The notes under the pieces were generated by a model. That model searched no databases and was not told the DNA's origin. It saw nothing but the letters and a program-made list of their open reading frames with translations. Positions 34,916-46,681 of a DNA stretch of 64,000 nucleotides are shown piece after piece. Position numbers and translations under genes: made by a program. The stretch covers positions 2,944,001-3,008,000 of the forward strand of contig CM000207.1 of the NCBI GenBank assembly GCA_000002445.1, written 5' to 3'. The first letter of the stretch is position 1. Every line of letters starts with the position of its first letter. This DNA comes from Trypanosoma brucei (lineage: Eukaryota).

Positions 34916-36039
34916 TGGATGGACGGTCCAAAAAATTATTACGAAATACAATGGAAAGAGTGCAATTATAATAAGTTTGTAAGGGAAAATGGAAAGAGAT
35001 GAAAACACGCAGTTAAAAACAAAAATATTACGATATGCATCATTATATATAGACATATGAGGGAGCAGACAATGATGAAAAGTAAAATCCCATTTACGGC
35101 AAAAATTGAGTCGCTATGTTATCAGTAGGACGAATTACAGATAATAAAAGAGTATAAATCAAGAAACAAAAAGAAACAACAGCAGTTTGGAGAACAAAGC
35201 ATAGAGGGAGACGATAAAGTTGGAGCTAATGATGTTCTACTTTTCATTCAATAAATGAATAGATACTGCTGCAGAAATAACGGTTCTGACTTTACTTATT
35301 CTTATAGTGTACCCTAGTTTCCAGTTGTTAAAAAGACAGAAATAATCAAAAGACAAATAAGAAACCATCAATAGAAAATATAGACCACTCGTAGTAACGG
35401 ACTTAAAAGAATATTTATGCCCCAAAACGGGAAAATTAATCGTTTGAAAAATCACTAAAATCCCAAACTGAGTATGTGACGCTGCAACACAAAAAGCAAA
35501 AAAAGGCAAATAGATAAAAAAGAAGGTAATCTAAATCAGCTTCAAAATAGATTAATTTATTATTTTTTGAATTTCACAATCACTTATTTTTTAATTTAAA
35601 AATGTATTTTCCACGGCGCAAACAGGCGCCTGGGAGTAAGCATGAAAAATGTAGACAAAATGAAAAATGGTGAAGTTTCTAATTTTAAAAACCAAGAACG
35701 GACTGCATAATTGACCAAAAAAAATGTGGTTTACGATACCAACTCTGTAACAAATCATGTGAAATTTCTTGAAATCAGATAGGATAAATCCAGAAAAAGC
35801 AGTCAATATGCTGGTTGTCCACAAAAGAAACTGTTTCCAAGAACTGTTACAGCTCAGCATGCTACTTACAGTGGCTCTACTTGTAGCTATTCACCCAGAA
35901 AACAGCATCGGAGCGGACGCAAAGGCGAATGAAGCATGAAAAACACCGTGCAGCTGCAACACGAGGATAAAGAAATTAATAAAATATCATACGGGAGAAA
36001 TCGACTCAGCCAGCCAAGCTCTAGCAGACAACCAACTGG

Positions 36040-37390
36040 ACTTGATGAAATTAACTCTCGCGGCAGTGACGAGCGATGGAGAGACCAAAGCAAAGCTCTT
36101 ACCAGTCTTAGCAGCGGCCGGCGAAACCGTACATAACTGTCAACAGGCGTTAGACGCAGCAGACAAAACGGCAGCCCAAAACATACAGGCCCTCACAGCA
36201 CTAGCGAAGACATTCACAATCTATAACGTGTCAACAAAACGTAATGCGTAACTGACACTAACATTCACCACAGGACCTGTGCTGCCAGATAGCGGCATTT
36301 CAGGGACGACGACGCGGACAAATATATCGGGCATGTGCACTGAGGAAGCCGACGACGAACAGCAAATAAAAGTGGACGAGTCAACCATAGCAGATGAACC
36401 AGATATACCAGACCTAGAGGTGAGCGGCAAACAACACTAACCTGCAAGCACGAAACTGCGAACCAAGCAACCTGCCACAGCGGAAAAAACATAGGAAACA
36501 CAGGGATAATTAAAACAGTAACAACATACACGGCCGAAAACGTTGCCGAATCAAAATCAAGCTGGGCAGCAAGCAGCCATACCACAGGCGCAACGTTAAC
36601 CAGTAAACTGAAATTAACAGGTGACAACGTTACGACAGCAAAAGCAGCGCTAGCCGCTATAAAAAGCACCAAACTTAGATATATATTGTTCAAAACGGCT
36701 ACGGGAGTGGCAAACGATAGCCAGCAACGACAAGTTCCAACGAACAGCAATTCAGACCCTGCTGAAGAAATTTGACAACGAAAAGACAAGCATCGAGCCG
36801 CAAACTCAGCTGGAACAAGCGTTAAACCTGGCTTACGGCGCAAGCGGCAATAAATATGCCGAAAATGTATGGAACAAAGTCGACGGAGTTGAAGCACAAG
36901 TTAATCAAGGCGGCAAGAGAAACGGCGAAAAACTCTCAACCATAACACACCTCGCAAAACTAAGTGAAGGACTGGCATACAAGCTTACAAAAGACCTCGA
37001 AGAAGATGCCAAACCAAAGGAAAACCCCAAAGAAACCACTATCACAGACAAAGATTGCTGTGACAAAAATGGAGTTGATTGAAAAGTGGATTTCGAACTG
37101 ATTGGGGAAATTTGCAAACCCATAAAGAAAGGGGAGGGAGAAAACAAAGAGAAAGATGGCGAAAAGCCCTCAGATAGGTGTACAAGACACGGCACTGACA
37201 AAACCAAATGTGAAGCTGAAAAAACAGCAGGACAACCCCCCGTTTGTAGTTTCAGTAGGGCAAAGATAAAGAGGATGACAAGGATGCAGAAATGTGCCGT
37301 GATTCCAGTTTTTTCTCAATACAAAATTGGCTCTGAGTATGGCTGCTACTTTTGTGAGTTTGCTATTTTAAGACTTTTGCTCAATTTTAT
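36040..37390 (+). pseudogene. VSG: VSG pseudogene, a-type, heavily frameshifted.
   Basis: The start is signal-like (MKLTLAAVTSDGETKAKLLPVLAAAG), followed by multiple frame changes. The CTD has DRCTRHGTDKTKCEAEKTAGQPP and an out-of-frame ...KDSSFL..LALSMAATFVSLLF. The exact 16-mer TGATATATTTTAACAC lies at 37435-37450. Confidence 0.55.
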
Positions 37391-37434
37391 AACATATTTC
37401 ATTTTGAGAAAATCTACTAAATTTTGATACGATC

Positions 37435-37450
37435 TGATATATTTTAACAC
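37435..37450 (+). promoter_or_regulatory. VSG 3'UTR conserved 16-mer (TGATATATTTTAACAC).
   Basis: An exact match. Confidence 0.75.
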
Positions 37451-37611
37451 TTTTTGATAAAAAATAAAAATAAGTGTAAATTAATACTAATTTTTAAGAA
37501 TTTTGTAAAATATGATTTTTAGTAAAATGTGTATGACAATGGTCTATAGGTTTAAATAGTAGAACGATAGGGTATAAAAAATGGTGCTTTTCTAATTTTG
37601 TTTATTTTTTT

Positions 37612-37712
37612 ATTGATATTAGTTAGGTTCATAATGTTGAAGTAATAATAATAATGATAGGAGAGTATTATAAGTGTGTATATACTAATATAATAATAAG
37701 AGTGGTGACACA
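37612..37712 (+). repeat. 70-bp repeat, plus orientation.
   Basis: GATATTAGTTAGGTTCATAATGTTGAAGTAATAATAATAATGATAGGAGAGTATTATAAGTGTGTATATACTAATATAATAATAAGAG. Confidence 0.7.
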
Positions 37713-39406
37713 CACTATATGGAGGGGGAAAATAGAATGATTTTATACAATGGAAGTGGTGAAATGGAAGTAAGTAATTAAGCAAGTGAGTAAAATGATA
37801 GGACTAATATTATCAACGTAAACGCAAATTGGTAAGGAGAGAAGAATATGAAATGTTCTCGCGTTGAAACACAAAAATGACGATGAACATCATCATATAC
37901 AAGGAGATAGTTGGGGAGAAATTTCTGGAGACACAGTTTAGAGTACACGCTTAACAGAGTCACTACGCATTCGCAGAAACAAAAGAAAGTGGCTGAAAAG
38001 GAAACAAAATACGTAATGAAACAACGGAATTAACGAGTGTACAGTGCAGAAAATTCAGCAGGTGAAGGACGCACAATGTGTAAGTAAGTTCATGCTGCAT
38101 GTGATCGGACTGCAGCAACAAAGTTGAGCCCAAGCGATTAGCTTACGATTGCTGGTGGCACCGCGAAGCATTGTAGTACCAGTACGAAATGCAGTCCAAA
38201 TATGGCTGAGTGGAAGAATGGATCAAAAGTAAAAATGAAAGCAGCAAAAAAGTGTTATTGTATCACAAGACTGTGTCGAAACAAGGAGAGATAGTGATTT
38301 CTACACGAAGCGAAATTGGGAAATTTATTACACAAAACAGATATTTTCTTCTTTTTATAGAGTCAAGCACGTAAAATTATGAAAATACAACCTTAAAGAA
38401 AAATTTAGTAGACAAGCAGCGTCTGAGCTTTAAAGAGTGCAATCGAATTTACCTTAGCATACAGATCGTGTGATAGTTAACCTCTTTCCATAATCATTTC
38501 ATTCTCCTTTACAGCTTTCCGTATTGATAGACTTGAATTGAAGCAATGATACCCTGGTCAGGGGGAGTTGAAAAAGGCGGTGAGGTTGCATTTGCAAACC
38601 ACTAAACGTATATAAGGTAACACAAGTATTATATTACCAGGCTTTCTGGTACAGATAAGTCATTCGTAGGAAGAAAAAAAGAACAGCAAAGCACACAAAA
38701 ATGTTGGAGGCTAATCTGTTAGTAAGCTTGGCCCCCTCAATAGCACGGGGATGTGCGAAAAATAAAAAAAGGGAAATCGTTGAATTGTGTGCATGCGGAA
38801 CAACTAGACTTTACTCAAAGTTTGGTAAGTGTAAAAGGCCAGCCTAGGAAAGAACTTGTATATAAAGACATGTTACTAGCAATCTGTTGAACAAAAACGC
38901 TACTAAAGTAAGCTCAACCAGCTTATGTCTGTCATATGATAATTAGAAACAAGTTTCATGAGCATAAGACCAGAAAGTGACACTTAGCCAACACAAAGAG
39001 AAAACGCAACCACCTTTATGTGTGTGCACAGTCTTTTAATGCTTCCAGAAGTCTCCACTAAGATCTTTATGTGCGATGCAGGTCAACGCGCACGCCGTCT
39101 TACGCCATACTATCATACTGTTTTTGGCAGGACCACTAAGGGAAAGCATCTTGCTGGGCGTCTAGCCAGGAAGTGATTAAAGGAACAGACAAAGCAACAA
39201 ATATGAACACGAAAGCCGCTGCATAATTCGGCCGGTGCTAAGCACAAAGGCCGACGACAAGCGCTGACCAACTAACGAGGAAGTAGCTAACACGATAGAC
39301 TCAGGAACGCCAAGGTAGACCTCTATTTTCGCGTTCCAATGAAACGGCTCTACTTTCGGTTTCTCACCTCCAAAAAACAGGTAGTAACAACGGACCAAAG
39401 CTCAGA

Positions 39407-40800
39407 GTGAGTGATACCAAGGTGATTGGAGCAGGCGGCTTTAAAAAAGCATGCGAAGTAGCAAAGCGCCTAAAAGCTGTAGCGCCATATTTTTCCAACA
39501 AAATAACAGCAAGCACAGCACACATTAACACGATGCGGACGGCGCTGCAAACCCTTGCAATTATGATGATGACCCAACCAGACAAAAGAAGCGACGAGTG
39601 CAAGTTCCTCTATGCGCATATCAACCAGGAACTGAGCCAAGCGGAACAAACGATCAGCTCAAACCTGGCAAAGTCAATCAAAGTTGTAGCACGTGCAACC
39701 TTTGAGGCCGGACGAATAGACGAAACGACATCTGTGTTCTTGCAAGTTAATGTCAACGCAGGCAGCAGCAGGAAGTATTGCATAGCCCAAAGCAACGACC
39801 ATGGCGGCGCAGCGACCGCGACGCATTTACTTCACTGTATCGTCAGTGGAGACGGACTAAAACAGACAATTCCAGACACCGCCAAATGCGGCACCAACGC
39901 CAATAGCAACACTGAAACAGATCACAAGCCGGTACGCGGGAGCCGGTCCAGGAAGCGCTACAACATTATGCGGGCTCACTCAAGCAGATTCAGCCAACGG
40001 TGGCAACGCAGACCAAATAAAGTGGGCGGGCAGCCTCATAATCATCAACAATGCACCACTAGCCGCCTCACCATTTCTCAACCACAGCGTAAATGCTGAA
40101 GCCGGAACTCCGCTAGCAGCAGTATACGCCGATCTTGACAACAACGTCACAGCCTACGATGAAGTCACGGTAAATCTTGAAAAACTGGCCAAAATAGGTG
40201 GAGCTACGAAACCAAGGATACCTGATATCAAAACAAACGCACAAAAATTACAAATAGGCGATACAACGACCAACATAACGCTTAGTACGGCGACAAAAGA
40301 CCGCAATAACCGAAGAGATCAGGCTCTACAACACAGAAACCCCAGCAACACTAGCGAATGAACGGAAGAAACTCTTTATAAACCAACTTTTGAAGATAGA
40401 TTCAGCCAAAAAACAGGCATTTTCTTTAAGTGAACAAACCAAAATCAGTGACATATCACAGCAAGAAACGGTTTGCAATAAAATAAAGGATGCAGAAAAA
40501 TGCAACACAACAAAGCACTGTAGTTTTCATGAAAGTGGTGAACACAACAAGAAATGCAATTTTAATGCCACAGAAGAAACAAAAAACGGGATCTCTGGCA
40601 CCCCAACAGGAGATGATAGAAGTTCATCAGGGGAAAGAGAAGAAGCAAAACAAGCAGGGGAAGATAGGAAAACTGACTGCAGCAAACTCACAGGCAAGCT
40701 TGCAAAAAGGACAATGACTGCAAATGGGATGGTAATACTTGCAAAGGTTCCAGTTTTCTGATCAATAAGAAACTTGCTCTTATTTCTGTTACAGCTTTTA
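39407..40800 (+). pseudogene. VSG: VSG pseudogene, a-type, with several frameshifts and an uncertain 5' boundary.
   Basis: ORF 39407-40099 is a VSG-like helical N-terminal domain. ORF 40390-40761 is a CTD (ETVCNKIKDAEKCNTTKHCSFHESGEHNKKCNF). The out-of-frame end reads DNDCKWDGNTCKGSSFLINKKLALISVTAFMSLV. Confidence 0.6.
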
Positions 40801-41042
40801 TGAGTTTGGTATCATTTTGAGGAATTTTGCTGAATTTTATAAATTTTTCTAAATCCATAAACTTCACATCTTAACATTTTTTATGAAATGCGCAAGTTGG
40901 TGAAAATTAGTAAAAAAATTGAAATTTTAAAATATGAAAATTTGGTAACATGTACATAATAGTGGCCTATGGGAGTTAAATAGTAGTGCGATAGGGTACG
41001 AAAAATGAGTGATGTTCTAACTTTATAAATTTGTTTATTTTA

Positions 41043-41135
41043 ATGATATTAGTTAGTGTTATGATGATAATGATAATAATTATGATGATTATAGGAGTAT
41101 CTTGTGAGCATGTGTTCGCTGATAATCATATTAAG
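41043..41135 (+). repeat. 70-bp repeat, degenerate, plus orientation.
   Basis: GATATTAGTTAGTGTTATGATGATAATGATAATAATTATGATGATTATAGGAGTATCTTGTGAGCATGTGTTCGCTGATAATCATATTAAG. Confidence 0.6.
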
Positions 41136-42090
41136 ATCGATGGTGAAAAGAAATGTATGGGAAAATACAAAAAATTCAAACAATGGGAATGGTACATTGT
41201 GAGACAGTGACTAATTAAGTAAAAAAGCTGGATGGTGAGTAAGAGGAGGGGTGAGAGAAAGGAAGAGGAACACTATCGAACGAAACGCAGTAAGATAGAG
41301 AAATAGAGATAGAATATGCGCTGTTTCAAACACAAACATGACGATGGGCATCATGAAACACAAGGAGATAATGAAGTGAACAACCATGAAGAGAAAAAGT
41401 CCGGCGTCGATTCTAACTGAAGTCGCTGCATCATCTTCAGCAGCGTAATATAGCAGAAAATGGCACATCAGAAGGAACAAATGAGCTCTTGCCTTTTGCT
41501 AAAAAATATATAGGTATTGCAGTGATAACCCCAAAAACGACAGTAGCAGTAGTTCGTAAAGCCACGCTGATTTCCGTCTCATGACATGGAAGGCAGTTGA
41601 GTTATTCAGAAGAGGAATATAGTAAAACTCGTAGTATATATAATCCATGAACAGCGGGCAGCTACTTTAATTACCGTAAATATACACAAAGAGAAATGGG
41701 AATATTGCAAGTAACAGTGGGATAAACGGAGTTTACGCCACTAGGTATGACTAAAGAAAAATTCTAAAATGAAAATCACCGATCCATGCCAAAGGGCAAG
41801 CTTCAAACGCTACAGTTACACCAATGAACTGTTATAACATAAGAATATTAAAGCATTATATGTATGAAAACACTTTTCTCAATAAACGACTTCATGTCGT
41901 AACCAACTTATTTTCGTACAGTTTCTAAGTTTTTCTGTATAATCTTCTCAAACTTTAAAGGTAGAATACCTAACGACATTTGCTATTTTAGTAGTTTTTT
42001 GCATCTGTTGCAATTATTGTATTTAAGCTCAATATCTCTTGAAGAGAAACAACTGCAAATATAACACAAAATTCTCCTAAGAATCCCAGA

Positions 42091-42849
42091 GTGTTTGTTG
42101 TTGCAGTTCAAACTCATGCAACTCAAGGATGGTGTGGGCACATAATGAGTGCCAAACTAAGCTATGTTAATATTAATACAATTGAAATGGGAGATTTGTA
42201 TAGTCATGTTAAAAGGCCTAGATGGGTTATGGAATTTTTAGAAAGGCAGAATACAAGTGATGAGGATATTGTCACTAATTTGGATGGGTCTAATGTTATT
42301 GTTGCTGAGAAAGAGAAGTATGAAAATGCAGTAGAATATTTTATACAAAAAAGTGCAGAAAACGAAGATAAGTTCAGTGAAGAGCATATTTACAAAGAGC
42401 ACATGGAGAGATGCTACTAGTTTTTTAATATTGGTAACAGAAAAAAAGAGGATAAGAAACTACCGCATTTACTGAAATCGCCTCCTAGTGGAAAACCCTA
42501 TCCTAGTGGTGGTGGTTTGATAGCGAGAGTATGGGCATTTAGAAATTTTGAATATGCATTTGGAGAGTTACTGAAATGGAGCGATGAGTGGTGGTCGGAA
42601 CAGAGTATCTACAAACCGTTGTTAATATGGAGTGCAGTTTGGGAAGAGGCTGTGGGGCAGAGATTTGTCTTGAGAAGAGAAATGATTGGATTGGATTATG
42701 AAAAGAAATTTTTTACTATTCCACATGGTGGTGAAATTGGAGAAGACCCATTCATTCATTTTCCTGGTCAGCCAATTGCATGGCAGGAAAAAACGATATT
42801 AATTGTTAAAAATCTTACTTGGCATAAAAAGTTTAAAGGAAAGGAGTAG
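42091..42849 (+). pseudogene. Conserved non-VSG gene fragment, copy B, in two ORF pieces. It is paralogous to 26830-27580 and may be ESAG3-related (unverified).
   Basis: ORFs 42091-42420 and 42517-42849 read ...VQTHATQGWCGHIMSAKLSYVNINTIEMGDLYSHVKRPRWVMEFLERQNTSDEDIVTNLDGSNVIVAEKEKYENAVEYFIQ and ARVWAFRNFEYAFGELLKWSDE...PLLIWSAVWEEAVGQRFVLRREMIGLDYEKKFFTIPHGGEIGEDPFIHFPGQPIAWQEKTILIVKNLTW. An in-frame stop lies upstream of the first piece. Confidence 0.5.
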
Positions 42850-43325
42850 TACGAAATACTTGTGTAAGATTGAGAGTTACGCTGTTGGTGGAGAAAAACA
42901 GGATTTTGAATGCTGGAATATTTGTGACAATTAATTTAAAGAAAGGGAGTTATTTGAGGCGGTAAAGCTGTGAAAAATGCAAGCATGCCATACGAGATTC
43001 AAATAATTCCACGCATTCTTGTGTTAACTTCTTTTCCTAATATTTCCCAAGAGATAACAGAAAAATTCCAATTGACATCCCTCAGTAGTGGAGACTTGTG
43101 AACAGCACCGCCAGGTTTCTTAGAAAATGTAAATGACGAGCGATATTTATACTTTGTTAACTCGCTTTCACGACGCCAGGGGCTCTTCAATACGGTGATG
43201 GTCACAAAACATCAAACATAGATTTATCAGGCTCACAGCATGGTATTTAACGTGGTGATAGCTTCTCCGTTAAATCAACCTCCATTTTCGAAAACTAGTG
43301 AAGACAAATCAAACCAGCGATACAA

Positions 43326-44927
43326 ATGCAGCGTCTAGCATTAGCGCTACTTGTTATTATCGGACCAAAACTGGCAGCCGGCGAAAACATGGTGTATGGA
43401 GAAAACAGAGCTGAACACGCAGCGCTTTGTGCTTTCATACGAATGGCAGACCGCGCCGTCGCAGTCCCAACCGTTGAGCCGCTCGACAAGGACGACTATA
43501 ATTACATACAGGAGCTTAATTTCACTCTTTCACCAGCCGAATGGCAGGCAAAATTCTACAAAGAGGCAGAGCGCAAAACAGTGCACGACAACGCTGACTC
43601 TGCCGGTATAAAAGACGCAGATGAAGCTGAGTTTTGGGATGACTGGAAAGCAGCAGCCGAAGCACTGAAACAAGGCGAAGACAACCAGAAGGTCAAACAG
43701 GCTGTGACTCCAGAACTGACAAAAACGGCAAAGCAGCTGGCGGCCGTCCAGCTAGCAGCAATAGCGCTAGAAGTGAAGCAGTTACTAAAGAGGTACCCAA
43801 ATGTAAACCCAGAAGCAGCTAAATATCAATCGGCTTCGCCTACAGCAGCCATAATGGCAGCAGCGCTAGGGCAAGGAGATGCGAAAGCAACCAACATAGA
43901 CGCAAGCAAGCCGTTTTCAGCCACGGTGTCAGGAAACCGGCAAACCGTGTGCGAAGTCAAAACAAGCGGCGTGCGACCAGCGACGGCACTGGCGACACTA
44001 ACATGCATCTGCCACAAGGACAACGGCAACCCGGTAACAGACGGCGCTTGCACCGAAAAAGCCGAAGCAAGCACGGCTTGGACATCATCGGCAACACCAC
44101 CGGATAGCAGCGACTACCAGAAACTAGCAAAATCGTGCGGCGCGCCACCGCAAGAACCAATAACGACAACCGAACTTGAACACGCGATAGCCACCGTCAG
44201 GGCGCTGATCCATACGGACGGGACAAACGGCTACCTAGGGGCATTCAGAGGCACTGACTGCAGTGGGGCGTCCAACAGCGGCATGTGCATCAAATTCACA
44301 GGGCTAGTAGCAAGCCCGGAAAAAGAAAACGAACTTCAGTGGCTAACAACAATAAAAACAATAGCAACCAATCTAAAACACCTCGAGCAAGCCAAAGCTG
44401 CAGCCGCCACAGCGGCAATTAGCCATTCCAGAGCTTTGGCAGCAGCAATGGATAAGCTGTCGACAAAATTCAGTGATTCGGTGGAAACAGCCATCAACGT
44501 TCGATGCGAGACACACAACAAGTCCAAGACGGAATGCCTAGGAGCTAAATGTAAATGGGGTGGCAAAAAGGAGGATGACGGTCCATGCACTCCAACCGAA
44601 GACCAAGTTGCAGAACAACCAGCCCGATCAACCGAAACAGAAGGTGCACCAAAAGAGGGGGCAGCTGCAACTGGATGTGCAAGACACGGAGATGACAAGA
44701 CGGCCTGTGAAAATGACAAAACAGGCGATAAGCAAAATTGTGCATGGAGAATAGGCAAAGATAATGAAGATGACAAGGAGAAAGAAAAATTCCGCTCTTC
44801 CAGCTTCCTCCTAAACAAACAATTGGCTCTGAGTATGGTTGCTGAATTTGTGAGTTTAATAGCATCTCAAAATCTTAAAATTATAAGAGTTTTGCTCATT
44901 TTTATGAAAATTATGAATATTAGTTAG
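43326..44927 (+). CDS. VSG: VSG with an intact ORF but no stop after the GPI signal (read-through) and no 3'UTR 16-mer.
   Basis: A 533-aa ORF with signal peptide MQRLALALLVIIGPKLAAGE and a CTD containing CETHNKSKTECLGAKCKWGGKKEDDGPC and CENDKTGDKQNCAW. The tail ...FRSSSFLLNKQLALSMVAEFVSLIA continues as SQNLKIIRVLLIFMKIMNIS and runs directly into the 70-bp repeat. Confidence 0.8.
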   Translation: MQRLALALLVIIGPKLAAGENMVYGENRAEHAALCAFIRMADRAVAVPTVEPLDKDDYNYIQELNFTLSPAEWQAKFYKEAERKTVHDNADSAGIKDADEAEFWDDWKAAAEALKQGEDNQKVKQAVTPELTKTAKQLAAVQLAAIALEVKQLLKRYPNVNPEAAKYQSASPTAAIMAAALGQGDAKATNIDASKPFSATVSGNRQTVCEVKTSGVRPATALATLTCICHKDNGNPVTDGACTEKAEASTAWTSSATPPDSSDYQKLAKSCGAPPQEPITTTELEHAIATVRALIHTDGTNGYLGAFRGTDCSGASNSGMCIKFTGLVASPEKENELQWLTTIKTIATNLKHLEQAKAAAATAAISHSRALAAAMDKLSTKFSDSVETAINVRCETHNKSKTECLGAKCKWGGKKEDDGPCTPTEDQVAEQPARSTETEGAPKEGAAATGCARHGDDKTACENDKTGDKQNCAWRIGKDNEDDKEKEKFRSSSFLLNKQLALSMVAEFVSLIASQNLKIIRVLLIFMKIMNIS

Positions 44928-45010
44928 AATTCTAATGGTAATAACAATAATAATAATAGGAGTGTGTTGTGAGTGTGTATATGCGAATATCATAATAATA
45001 GTTATGGTGA
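44916..45010 (+). repeat. 70-bp repeat, plus orientation, overlapping the end of the ORF at 43326-44927.
   Basis: AATATTAGTTAGAATTCTAATGGTAATAACAATAATAATAATAGGAGTGTGTTGTGAGTGTGTATATGCGAATATCATAATAATAG. Confidence 0.75.
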
Positions 45011-46681
45011 AGAGTGAATGATTAAAAAAATCCCTTGAAACAATGGAAAGAGTGCAATTATAAAAGGTATGGCAATTAGTATTGAAGTAGACGGAGATAA
45101 AATAACGTAGTTTCAAACACAAACTTAATGATGGGTATCACCATGCAGAAGAAGATGGTGGTGGAAATAAGGGAAAGCTATAGTCCAATGTATGGGCCAA
45201 GTGGATGTCTGTGATGACAAAAATACTCAAGATAGAAAACAACAGACGACGAAATACAATATACTGTGGAAGATTGAAGTACGGAAGAGCACAGCAGAGA
45301 AGAAAATGATACAGGAGAAAATGATCCTCTGAATTTCGTACGGTAATAGGTTGATGCCATTGCAACGGACGGTGGTGGCGACTTTTGTTTTTAATTATAT
45401 TTCAGATTATAATGCTCAGCGGTAAAGAAACAGAAGGAGCTGGAAGAAGGAATTGGTAAGTGTGAAGTAATATTGAACTCTTCTTCTCTTAATATATAGT
45501 AATATTTGCTAAAATATGTGGAAAACAGTATGACATTATAGAAGTGCAAAACTTGGATTCCCAATATACATTGGTGGAAAGAACAATCATAAATTCACTG
45601 TAACCGCTTAACCTAGTGTATGAATAAGTATTTAGAGAAGGTTTATAATGTGGAAAAATAGATGATGATATTCATCCAATTCTGCATTTTTTTACTGGAC
45701 AGACATTAAGATCTCCCAAGATACAAATGCTCAGTACCAGCACGAAGAACAATCCTCACCAATGAAGGCAATGAAGATGTGGAAGGAAACAAAATTGTTG
45801 AAGAGAGGGATAAAACTACAAAATAGTTAATGGAAACATCATAAAAAGAGCCAGTGGTAGAAGGAGTCTCAGAAAATTCCATGGACAAGGCATAAACACG
45901 AATATTTTATTGTTAGTGACATAACATGCTCCATGGAGGAATTAACCTGCACTAACACAGACTACAAGACATAAAGTTTTAATTTCAAGCAATAGAAAAT
46001 ATGTGTGATATTTGAAAAAAAACTACGTGACAGAAATGAGTAACAAATAGATACAATAGATGTAGACTGATATATAATTTTAAATTATATCGGAGACTTG
46101 TTGAAGTACAAGATTTAGGTCATTGTAGAGCTTCTGTAATATGGCTTTCTATATTTATCTTGACTTATGTGGTTAACCCTTGTTGGCAGCAAAGAGGACT
46201 AAACATATAGTTTTTGGTTTCGAAGAGCTGTAGCAGATGCAGGCCGCCTTTATTTAACATAGACGTTGATCTTTTAAAAGATCTTAATATTTCTATTTTT
46301 GCCGTTGCAAACAGCAGTAACGCTTCATACAACCCTAAATGTTGAAATGTTAAATTTGTTATATTTAAGTATTTGATGGAACCTTAGCTTTGCGAACACT
46401 GTAAATATCTGTTTGTACGGTTTGGTAAATGGAAAACATGGCCATTTGTTTCCTATGTCTTCCCTGGCAATTTTCCAAGGTTAAACCTTTGTTTTTCCAC
46501 GATATTTAGTTACATGTGACTCATTTGATAAGAGTAACGGAGCAGATGTTGACTTTCTTGTTTATAAAGAACGGTGTTGATATCCTTTCAAAGGGAGCCT
46601 CCTAGATTCCCTATATAATATTTTTACACTTTTTGCAAGTGCACTTTAAACTTTATTATTTTGTTATAGCAAAAAAAAACT

